From Laetmonice hystrix (lineage: Eukaryota): a DNA stretch of 64,000 nt. A model generated the notes under the pieces. It saw only the letters and a list, made by a program, of their open reading frames with translations. It was not told the origin of the DNA and did no database searches. The stretch is taken from NCBI GenBank assembly GCA_965235115.1, contig OZ249436.1:29638001-29702000 (forward strand), read 5' to 3'. Of this stretch, positions 1 to 10,700 are shown piece by piece. The stretch's first letter is position 1. Every line of letters starts with the position of its first letter. The translations under genes and the position numbers were made by a program.

Positions 1-783
1 TGTATTGCTCTCATAATCTACATGGATGTATGTGAAGGTTTGCGGGGATATTGGGTGGGGAGCCCACCCCCCATTGATTGTGTGTCGGCTTGATTGATGG
101 CTCAAGCTTCGACTCTATTTTCATGTTCACAGAGCAAATCGTGGGAGAAGGACAGCGGCTGCACCGACAGGCAGAACTGCATGGAAGGGCATGGGGAAAC
201 GGCGCTTCTACAGCATTGCTGTGGGCCCCGGTCCCCTCTTCCTCATCGCAATCGTCCTCGCTGTCGTCAGAGGTGTAGGTGAGTAGAGTTTGACACATTC
301 ATAGTAGAGATTTTTATATAGCGAGCTGCTCCTGTTATAAGGGCCCTATCATCCATCTCCCTACCCCAACATGCCCACCCCGAGTTGCGCATGCAGGGGT
401 TTCAAGCACGAGGCGATGCCGTCAAGTTAGAGAATGCGTCACTCACTGAACGACAATACATCACTGCAACTGGCACGGAGCATGGCTGAGGTTGAGGTGA
501 TTGATCCTTGTTATGACAATGTTGGTGATGACAAGGAGGACATTGGCCGGTGATGTTGAAGCCAAAGTACAGTTGTTGTCTCCACGCCGGGCCCTGACGT
601 TGGGCCTTTTGTTGGTCGGCTGGCTCCACAAGCGAGTGCTGCCAGCGAGCAGTTCGAGAAGCGAGGGAAGACATGCAGGCTGAAGGTGGTGCGCTGCCGG
701 TAGGACGTCCAACAGAACACCGCTGACAGTGTTTGACTACACCATGATGTTCTGCGTACTGCTAGCAGTGTGAACATCGCCTC

Positions 784-950
784 ACATAGATTACAGTTTG
801 AAACATGACACTGCCGGAGTAGAACTGTCACCGTGATTGCCTGTAGTCCTCTGGCACGCTGTTTTCTAATGGGGTTCGTGCGGGATTGACAGGTGTTGCA
901 TACCTGAGGCATAGCGCTTTTGTCATCGGGGTAACTTTTACCGGATTCCT
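784..950 (-). pseudogene. Possible degenerate RAG1-N-terminal/Chapaev-type zinc-domain relic
   Basis: DDKSAMPQVCNTC-x24-RQCHVSNCNLC fits a CxxC-x24-WxxHxxxCxxC spacing if CGG (R) derives from TGG (W). Flanking frames are disrupted. Confidence 0.3.
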
Positions 951-2739
951 TTGATAGCCTGTGCCATTTTCAGGATGGACAAAAGCTTTTCTTGTCCTAA
1001 AGGTGTTTTTTTTCTTAAGTTACCGAAAACGAAATGTCCCATATACATTGGTAGAGTGTTAGCTAGGGTGCTTCAGTGGGGGGGGGGGGGGGGGGGGAGA
1101 GAAGCTTGGCCCCCTAGTACACAAATTAGGATACACCCCTGATAAGGAGCCCCCCTACTTCACCCATTGGAAAACGCCCATTGTGATTAAAATCGGATGT
1201 CTTCTCAATAATGTTGAACTGGGCTACCTACAACAAGGTCCATTTTAACGAGTAACCGTGCCTTAATTATGAAAACCCCGTCAACAAAAACGTCAACTGG
1301 GGACTCGACCGTCCTCAGTTATGTGTAAAAAGAAGTATATGAACTAGAATATTGCAGTAGGTTGGTGTCAGTGTCCTGAGTACACTGAGAAACACGTGTT
1401 ACCTCCTACCCGGCTTCTTTTTACGTGCACTTCCTGTCGGGTCAAGAGGTCAACGTATGTTTTTGTGCTGGTTTGAGGAAGTATTCCCAACTTCTAATTG
1501 GTCTTGTGTATCTATATGAAAGTTGATATCATATTAGTGTCATTCAGAGAGCACATACATATTCGTGTCTTGATCACGAATAGGTCAGTATGGTTTATTA
1601 AAAGGAAGTGTTTTTTTTAACTTGAGTGGGTTTGTTTGTGAATTGTACCACAGTAGTTGCTATAGTGCGAGTTATTGGGACGCGAAAGTCGGGTTATAAT
1701 TTTGTCATGTTAATCATGAAGGTAAACTGTATTTGACGTTTCACAGTAGCGCCACTGTCGTTTTTGAACAACATTCAAACTGAAACACAGGCAGCAATTG
1801 GCAACTTGCAAGCCTCAGCCCCGGCTAGTGCAAACACTGCCAAACTGCTAACGGCGCGTGCCAACTTTACGGACTCCAGGTACTCAAAACATAATTAATA
1901 CACATCTAGCTGTTACAGCAGTCACAACATTGGCATCAACTCATGTCAGAAGGAGTCCCAATATCGCCGTATCAACGTACACCCGTGTGTGTTTTTGTTA
2001 TGCCACGTTTTTACAGTAGATCGCAGTTTTCTTGCACGGAGATTCCGTGCCCAGTGCAGTTCGCACCGTTGACACGGGAGGGCGTAGCAGTTGCCTGCCC
2101 TGATTTGAGCAGAGTGGCATTGCTCGGCGCTGAGGGTAGTGTAGGCCTACAGCAGAGCGGAGAAACCCGCCACAACAATGGACGAAGTAAATGGGGACGC
2201 TTCATGTTGATTGACAGTGTTTCCGTTTATTGTGAACGACCCGATCGCACGGTTTAATCTTGGCGTGGATATCGCCCCGAGCGCTGGCTTTGTGCAGGGT
2301 GAGATTAGTCTCTTGTTGTGAACGCCCGCGGAATGCCGGGGTCGGCATAAAGGAACAAGGAGGACGGGGAGCGGTAGAGGTGTTGTGCAGCGGGGGCCAG
2401 CCAAGCCAAGCCAAGGCCAGCCTGCCACTGGGCCTGGCAGCCACTACCAGTAGTACGAGGTACCCTTGTGAACTAGGCCACGCTCGCCCAACGATATACC
2501 TCGGCCTGGTGTAGATTGCCTGCAGGCGGCCCAAGGCCCAGCACATGCCCGGCCCACCACCGCTGGTAGCAGGCCGCCCTAACCTAACCAGGCGCACCTC
2601 ACTGTACCAGCAGCAGCACTTTGCTCATCTGTTGGTGGTCTGGTTGGGAGGAAGCTAGCACCTGTGAGCAAACTGCTCGACAAAGTTCGGGTTGGGCCAT
2701 GCTCGATGCACGGCGATCAGCTATGACCTTTTCGACATC

Positions 2740-2977
2740 ATGCCTGTGTCTAAGTCAGCGTGTATGAACCTTCGATGGGCGCTGCTGTTCGCCACCGTGT
2801 TCGCTTGGTTACTTAGCCGAGCTGCCGTGTCAGGTATGCCTTTCCCATTTGGAATGTCCGACGACGAAGATGATACAAGTCCGGACTTTGGCGATGACGA
2901 CGATGAACGAGATTGTGGAAGCGGCGGTTGTGGTGGATATGATGAGTATGAGAATTACGAAGATCTGGGACTGGTCG
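2740..2977 (+). CDS. RGM: RGM (repulsive guidance molecule) coding exon 1: signal peptide, with or without an acidic extension
   Basis: ATG at 2740 (or 2764) encodes MPVSKSACMNLRWALLFATVFAWLLSRAAVS, a typical signal peptide. Two phase-1 donors (G|GTATGC after 2833, G|GTAGGT after 2977) both match the phase-1 acceptor of the RGM exon at 4478. Confidence 0.72.
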
Positions 2978-4477
2978 GTAGGTACAGCTTGCAGAGATAG
3001 GACCTTAATATATACAAGAGGGTGCTGAAAGGTTGGGGCCGTCAACACACACCCCTGGGGACGGTCAACCCGAAATGGGTCTGGCAATTTACTAAGGGAA
3101 GATTGGCCGTCTTTGGGGTCATTTTAAGAACCCATTAAGCCATGCCCTTTCTCATCATCATGATATATTTTAAGTTATGTTGTTAAGTCATGTTTATACC
3201 TTCATGGACAGAAGTATGCCTTAACGTTTAACCATAATGTTTTATTAAGGTAAATCTTATACCTTCCAAGTCTATAAATACCAAATTGTTCACCCGTTCT
3301 AAGACACGTGTGTCGACTTTCGGGTGGTCGGGGCAGTGTGGCCAGTGAACTGTGGCCCCCCATTCATTGGGCATGCCCTCAAGGCTTGTTCTATGTTGGG
3401 CACCAAAGAAAGACTCTAGCCGGTTAAACTTAAAGCGTCAAACACCCGTTACGTAATATCGCTTGAACACTTCTGTCGCCAAGGGAATACAATGTATCTC
3501 CCTCCCCCGCAAAGTTTATGGCGACATCAAACAGGGTACAAAGCTACCCCTCCATCGATCTCCTACTATCATGTAAGACCATAGTTTTATGATAGGAAGT
3601 GTTTTGTTACACATTTGTTTGAAGCTTGTTTGCTCAACATCTTATTTGGATTCGAGATAGTTGCCCAGGCCTGAGATAAACGGACCTTAGCCCCGGGAGT
3701 GTATCAGCTCTTCCGAATGTATTAATGGTTGGTTTTTTGACTCATACGATACCGGAGGGGGATAAACCTTATATCAGTATTTTGTTGTGTCAACATCAGA
3801 TATACACAAGAGATTTGTGTCATTCCCATCAGTGAACAATCTATTCTGTGAGATACACAGGACCATGGGTTTCCTCAAGGATGTCACCTGTAGGGAGGGG
3901 GGGGGGTTGAAGGACCTAATGGGGAAACGAGAACCTACCATTGGGCATTCTAGGGGGAAAAATGCAGAAGGGGAGTGATAAATGTTAGGGGGAGCGCCCC
4001 CCTGATGATGTATCATTCCTAGTACCAAAATTACAATCCGTACGTATAGAAGTTAAAGATAGGCGAAACGTGTGTGCACAGGTTCTTTGACAGCAATGGC
4101 CTCATGTAGACCGTGAAGTATTGGTAGCCTGTCAGCATCCCAGACCACATACCGGCACACCATCACCTTTGGAACCTTGCCATCAGCTCTCTGCGCAAAC
4201 TGCTGAGCAGTGAGCCGTCTTGAAAAATGTACTAATATATGTCAACGTATATAAGCCCAATAGAATTTGTGTTTCCTAAAGAAAGGTTAATTTTTAAAAA
4301 GGTAATAAATGCTAAGTGTAGAAAGAATAATGGATCCTTCAAAAGCCTTGGAGCAGTACTATGTAGCATTACTGTTTGTGTCCCTTCAGTTAACAAGAGT
4401 ATCATTAGTACCCATCCCCCCTAGATATTTTATACTCTAATGATGTATAACGTTTCTCTTTTGTTTTGCCTCGTCAG

Positions 4478-4989
4478 CCGGGAGCTGTGAACTCCAGGGG
4501 TGTTGGGATCTGTACCAGTCGGCGCAAGTAGCCCTGGGACTCCGGGACGAGTACTCCAGCCGCGACCGCACGCCATCGACGGAGGAGCTACGCAACCGGT
4601 GCCTCGCTTTGCGGACTTTCCTACAGTGTATCCGTAACATGACTCGGTGTAAAGGCGACCTCAGTTTTCACAGCGCCCATCGGGGCATCGAAAGGCAGAT
4701 GAAACAGTTCAACTGTTCAATGACTGGGCCCGTTTTCTCGGCCAGCAGTCACAGACCAGCAGATGGGGATGGAGGCGGATACCATCCGACCGTGTGTTCT
4801 TATCGAGGCGAGGCCGCACACAGACACTGCGGATTATTTGGTGACCCCCATTTACGGACGTTTGGCAATGATTTCCAAACGTGTAAAGTACAAGGGGCGT
4901 GGCCCCTGTTAGATAACGATTACCTCACTGTGCAAGTCACAAATGATCCTGTTGGACTATGGGAAGGCACGGCCACCGCTACAAGCAAG
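4478..4989 (+). CDS. RGM: RGM coding exon 2: RGM N-terminal domain and start of the vWD-like domain
   Basis: Acceptor ttgttttgcctcgtcag|, donor AAG|GTATGT. It translates as GSCELQGC...CLALRTFLQCIRNMTRCKGDLSFHSA...FNCS...HCGLFGDPHLRTF...QTCKVQGAWPLLDNDYLTVQVTN...ATATSK, showing the RGM cysteine pattern and the GDPH autocleavage motif. Confidence 0.95.
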
Positions 4990-6189
4990 GTATGTATCCA
5001 TGAAGTTTTCAGGTCAAGACGGAAATATTATTACTATAAGGCATTGACAAGGGGAAATGGTATTCATAAGGTTGACAGGGACAGAAAGATATTGTTGTTC
5101 AGGGTTGAACGTGAGTGGTGCTCATTGTTGAAGTCCCTTGAGTCGACTGAGGTAAATCTCGCATTAATCTACTGTTGTAAGCTACATAATGGATGTTATG
5201 TCATGTCGTGCCATGACAGACCGATATGCCATGACATTTTTTGTGTGCAGGTGGTCCCCCAGGGCTTGTCACTAACAAATTAGAGCATGTAAGTTATGAA
5301 ACATGAATGCTATGCGATGTCGCTGGGGGTCGGGGTGCGTAGCGGCCTGGTCTTGGGTTTGTTATAGAGGCGCTGAGCGTCGGCCAGAGACTGCAAAACA
5401 AGTTTAAAAGTTACGGCACACACGTCAACAATGCATATATGTCACAAAACTTCCATGATCTTTCTAGTGACAAGCTTTGTTTGCATGACATGATGTTATT
5501 ATCCGCGCCTAAATCATGAAAATGTGCCTTGAAATGAATGTTTACTCTCAAGAGTTCAGTGTTGCATGAAAGATCAGTTCACAACCAACAACTTTTTTTT
5601 TCAAGAAAAGCAGCCGTTGCTCGAAATTTTGAAACCGCTTTCAATCAAAAAGCTGTGAAATGCCCAACCCTTCACACCAATTTAATCTGCATCTTAGTTT
5701 GTACATTCGTCAGTCATACAAAGGGGTTTAAAACATACATCAGGGGTTTAAAAAAACTTTAAAAATTAAGCGAGCCAAACTGATGATACAATGTATTGAG
5801 AAAACGTAATCTCTCTACCGTTTTACTTGAAGTCTCCCGTTAGTGACAAACAGTCGGCTTTTGTTCCCTCCAAGGGATACGAAATAATAGTATCAGATAA
5901 AGAATGTAATCCGTGTCAGTCAACCTTGCCTCCCTCTGGGGGTGCCCTAATCGACCTAGTGCTAAGGTGAAGAGGATTCCGGTACACTTATGACCAGTTG
6001 GTATCGTTAAGCCTTCCTCCATATTCTGGTATTGTTAGGATTACTTGGTTGTTGACGACCTCAGGCCAGTCTTACGACGGTGAAAAGCTTTGAATGTTTT
6101 AAAGGAGTTTTTTTTACAAACTTTAAAAAGTTGCCTATAGGGGAGTTAGAAATTTAGCCGTTCTCCAGGGAAGGTTTTATTTTTGTGCT

Positions 6190-6964
6190 ACCAGCAATAT
6201 GCACTTAAGTCTGAAAAGAGACTCCCAATATAAGGTGAACCCCCCAAGTTGAAATCACTTTAGGTTTGTCAGCGAGACGGTGAAAACTTTAAACACGATT
6301 TATGTCTTCAAGCATCTTCAGTCTCGATTGAAAATAAAAAATAAGAACTTTTCAGTTATGAAACGCGTTTTTAGGAGTAATACGACACTTCAGATGTATA
6401 TAGGCCTATCCGTGTCAATTGTTCATGATGCCGATAACAGGTTTAAGGACTATACTATTTCATAATTGTCAAAGGGGTACTTAGTAAATTCGGGGGGCCT
6501 CGGGTGGCCGAGTGGTCTAAGGTGTCGGCTCCATCATGACACCTAGGACCATCGCCTCACACCGCTGCGACCCGGGTTCGATTCCCGGCCTGGGCTGCAT
6601 GTGTGAAAGGTTTGTCAGTCAGTTCCTTCCCGAAGGTCGGTGGTTTCCTCCGGGTACTCCGGTTTCCTCCACCAAGAAAAACTGACTTTCATCTCATCTT
6701 CACCGCCGTGATATGACCCTGGCTGTTGCAAGGCGTAAAACCCCAAATACCCACCCACCAGCAATATGCACTTAAGTCTGAAAAGAGACTCCCAATATAA
6801 GGTGAACCCCCCAAGTTGAAATCACTTTAGGTTTGTCAGCGAGACGGTGAAAACTTTAAACACGATTTATGTCTTCAAGCATCTTCAGTCTCGATTGAAA
6901 ATAAAAAATAAGAACTTTTCAGTTATGAAACGCGTTTTTAGGAGTAATACGACACTTCAGATGT
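6190..6964. repeat. Exact 208-bp direct repeat (6190-6397 = 6757-6964) bracketing 94 bp of unique sequence plus the SINE
   Basis: Both copies run from ACCAGCAATATGCACTTAAG to GACACTTCAGATGT and appear identical when read side by side; the offset is 567 bp. Confidence 0.93.
6492..6756 (+). mobile_element. tRNA-derived SINE with a V-domain-like core
   Basis: The head has Pol III box A (TGGCCGAGTGG) and box B (GGTTCGATTCC). The central GGTTTCCTCCGGGTACTCCGGTTTCCTCCACC is typical of V-SINE cores. The tail is ATATGACCCTGGCTGTTG...GGCGTAAAACCCCAAA followed by (CCAC)n. Confidence 0.85.
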
Positions 6965-9900
6965 TTTGTACATTGATGTTTTCTCTTTTGTTGGTAAAGC
7001 AGTAACCATGACAAAGTATCAAACAGTTGCTATATGAGGAAGAAACCAGCAACCGTAAAGACAACAAATCCATAGGTGTTTAGCAAGTATAAAAGGGTTC
7101 AAACCGTGAGGCGTAAAGAGAACTATTTTTGAATAGTGCGAAACAAGAGAGCTTACCAAAGTCTCCAATTTGTAGTAAGAATTACATGCTAAGACGCAGT
7201 GGAAACAACTTTATTACAAGGGTGCGATAAACATTGTCTGTGTGACGTGCACTGTTGTCGTTTACATTAGCGGCCAGCACCTATTTGCACTTGAGCGGCA
7301 CAATTGAACTGGAAACAAACCGTTTCTACATATAATTTAAGCCAGAAAAAGGCTGCTTTTCTTCTATTGTTGTGGTGCATGAATGTGGTGGCGAAAACAA
7401 GTTTCGTAATACCCTTTAGCCTCAAACAAAACGTCGCACTGAAATAACATGTAATCCCTGGATTGAGCGGTTTGCAATTGAAAGGAGGTGCCTTATCCTA
7501 ACGGTGCACCTGCTGTGTTAGGGATAAACTGTGGATGGCTCAGTGACAAGTGGCAGCAGCCCCCACACCCACACCCACACCCACACCCACACCCACCCAG
7601 CCACAGATGTCAACAAAGGCTCGCCATACCTGGAGCAGCAGGCGTGTGGCCGTTGACACCTGTATCATTGACCCCCATTGATACCGGACTCGGAAACAAC
7701 AAACGGCTGACTGTGCCGCCCAACACGTGCCCTCGTCCAGTGGTCATCTACTGTTCAAACCAAACGGCAGCCGACATGTCGGTGTCTGAGCAGATAGAAT
7801 CGAGTTTTTAAAACTATTCTCTGCGTCGTTTGTATGATGAATGGTATATATATATACGTGGACTGATGTTATTAGAAATTTATATAAACGATACAGCAGG
7901 GAATGACGAATTGATATCTTCCTTTGAAAAATGATGCATTCATGTGCCGTTCCCATAATAGATTCCATTATTATGTTTTTGTCAGATTAGATATATCATT
8001 ATGTGATATATTGTTATAAAAAAATAAAATATACATCTACTAGAGTGACTTTATATACATTTCTATAGCTGTAAACCATGTAAGGTGGCCACGATCGGCA
8101 ACATTGATAACTGGTTTCAGGTTACGTGACTGGTGTATGTTTTAGTTTTTCATACTTCATGACAATGAAGACGCCCCCATAAAAACTATACGGGCCCAGG
8201 ATTTCAACATAAAAGGTTGAATTTCTGTTACATTGTAATGTAAGCCTATATATGAGAATTTTATTGAGGACTTGTCCATGTCGTGTAGAGTGCCATTTAT
8301 CACTAGTGCCCTGATTTCAACAGCTCACCTTCTCTGTTGTTATCATGAGACCATAGCTTTCATGTTTCACGTGCGCAGTTCGGCTGTTTGGATGGCGTGT
8401 TGTGTTAGTAAATCACTATAGGGGTCGGACAGTTAGGCAGTGTGCCGCGCTATACAAGAGCGATTCACACACACATATTTCTGAAGAGAAGCAACTGGGA
8501 TCGTATCATGAACTCGGTTTTGAGAATACCCGTCGATTTGATAAAATCTTAGTCTAGGACGAAACGGGTTTTATCTAATTGTTCAAGGTTACGTGCAAGC
8601 GATTCCAACATCTGTTACGCAATTACAGTGGCTTAACCCTTTGCAATATTGCATAGGAAAAGGAAGCATCAGTCATCCTTTTATTAATGTGGGTAATATT
8701 CTCCCAACATTGCAGAGTAAAATCTTACAGAAAAATATGCTCATCATATCGCTGCCCATTGTACATCTTAATTATTATGATTTAAGAAAATACTAATAAT
8801 TTCTGAGGATCGCGTACTGGATTGCCGTGGTTTCCGTCGATGTTTGTTTACACGTGCAAGGCGCAGCAGCTGACCGAATGTTTGTGTGGGGGAGGCGGGC
8901 ATATCGTTGGAGGTGTGGGTGTGATGGATGGCCGGCCTATGTCGGGCCACCTCGGGCAGTGTCGGGCCGGCCCGGCTGGCCGTCCGGCCGGGGAGGCAGG
9001 GAGGGGGGGGGGGGGGTAGCGGCCCACACCAACCCGTTGTGCATATTGACAGAAAGAAGACGGCAGGGCCGCGCCACTACATGCATGCATACAGCAGGAG
9101 CTTGCATGGCCTCGCCCGGTCGTGTTTCACGTATTGGGGTCAGCGGGTACGAAGGAAACACCGTGACTCTTCTTCTGAACAAACCCCGAGATTCTGCCGG
9201 CTGGCCAGAGGTAAATATACCGTGGTCGATTTGCTAGCATATATTGAGTAGGTAGCTAATGTGGCTTCTGTATAAACGGTCGGTTCCGTGTGTAGACAGT
9301 GAAAACCGTCTGGGCTTGGAATATTGGGGTTTCCTATGGACGAGAGGAACCTTTCTACGTTTATTTGAAAAAAGACAAACTACACTTTGGGCACTTACTC
9401 GGGAAGTCGAAAGACATCGAAGGAACAAAAGAACTTTGGCCACGCTGCATGTCTGTGAAATATTCTGATCAGCAAACACATTATTCATGCAGTGGCACTT
9501 TATTCCGATAAAGACAACGAATATGTAATAACCTGGCGTGGACTGGATTTTCCCAGTGTGAATGTGGTTCTGTGAGTCTGTCACGGAGTCTGTGATCAGA
9601 AAGCAGTTATAGCATTAGGTCCCTTATCTAAACTCAGAGCTCACGTTTCAAGACTGATGCCACTGCCCTCTCCAAGGAAATATAGCACAGCGGTTCCACT
9701 AGCAATTCTAATGTAGCAACATTAGTCCACATGCTCCTATATATACATATGCGGTGGAAGTGGGGGCGGGGGAGCAGGGGGCACTGGCTCCCCAATAATT
9801 ATATTGATTTTGTATCTATAGGATACAACCAAGTTCCACTAGCTGAAGCAAAATGCCCCCCCCCCAATGTGTTATCTGTTCCGTCGCTACTGATAACGTG

Positions 9901-9983
9901 GGGTGTTGAGGCGTGATTTGGCAGCAGAAGTCAAAGATTACAGGAAGAATACAAAATGAACATTTGACTGATTCCTTGGCCTC

Positions 9984-10700
9984 GGTTGGTTGGTTGGTTG
10001 GTTAAGGTTGGTTGGTTGAGGTTGGTTGGTTGAGGATGGTTAATTGAGGTTGGTTGGTTGAGGTTGGTTGGTTGGTTGGTTGAGGTTGATTGGTTTTGGT
10101 TGGTTGGTTGAGGTTGGTTGGTTGAGGGTGGTTGGTTGAGGTTGGTTGGTTGGTTGAGGTTGGTTGGTTGATGTTGGTTGGTTGATGTTGATTGGTTGGT
10201 TGAGGTTGATTGAGGTTGGTTGGTTGAGGTTGGTTGGTTGGTTAAGGTTGGTTGGTTGGTTGAGGTAGGTTGGTTGGTTGAGGTTGGTTGGTTAGTTGAG
10301 GTTGGTTGGTTAGTTGAGGTTGGTTGGTTGAGGTTGGTTGAGGTTGGTTGAGGTTGGTTGGTTGGTTAAGGTTGGTTGGTTGAGGTTGGTTGGTTGAGGT
10401 TGGTTGGTTGGTTAAGGTTGGTTGGTTAAGGTTGGTTGGTTGGTTGGTTAAGGTTGGTAGGTTGAGGTTGGTTGGTTGAGGTTGGTTGGTTTAGGTTGGT
10501 TGGTTGGTTGAGGTTGGTTGGTTTAGGTTGGTTGGTTGGTTGAGGTTGGTTGGTTGAGGTTGGTTTAGGTTGGTTAGGTTGGTTGGTTGGTTGAGGTTGG
10601 TTGGTTTAGGTTGGTTGGTTGAGGTTGGTTGGTTTAGGTTGGTTGGTTGAGGTTGGTTGGTTTAGGTTGGTTGGTTGGTTGAGGTAGGTGTGTTGGTTGG
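9984..10700. repeat. Compound (GGTT)n / (GAGGTTGGTT)n microsatellite, about 715 bp
   Basis: Directly visible simple repeat in RGM intron 2. Confidence 0.97.

Noticed and set aside
4990..5283. C-terminal part of the 224-aa ORF 4609-5283
   Set aside because: This is read-through into the intron; RGM similarity stops at the donor after 4989.
6492..6592. tRNA gene
   Set aside because: It has A and B boxes but no clean cloverleaf, and it continues into a V-SINE core and tail, so it is a SINE head.
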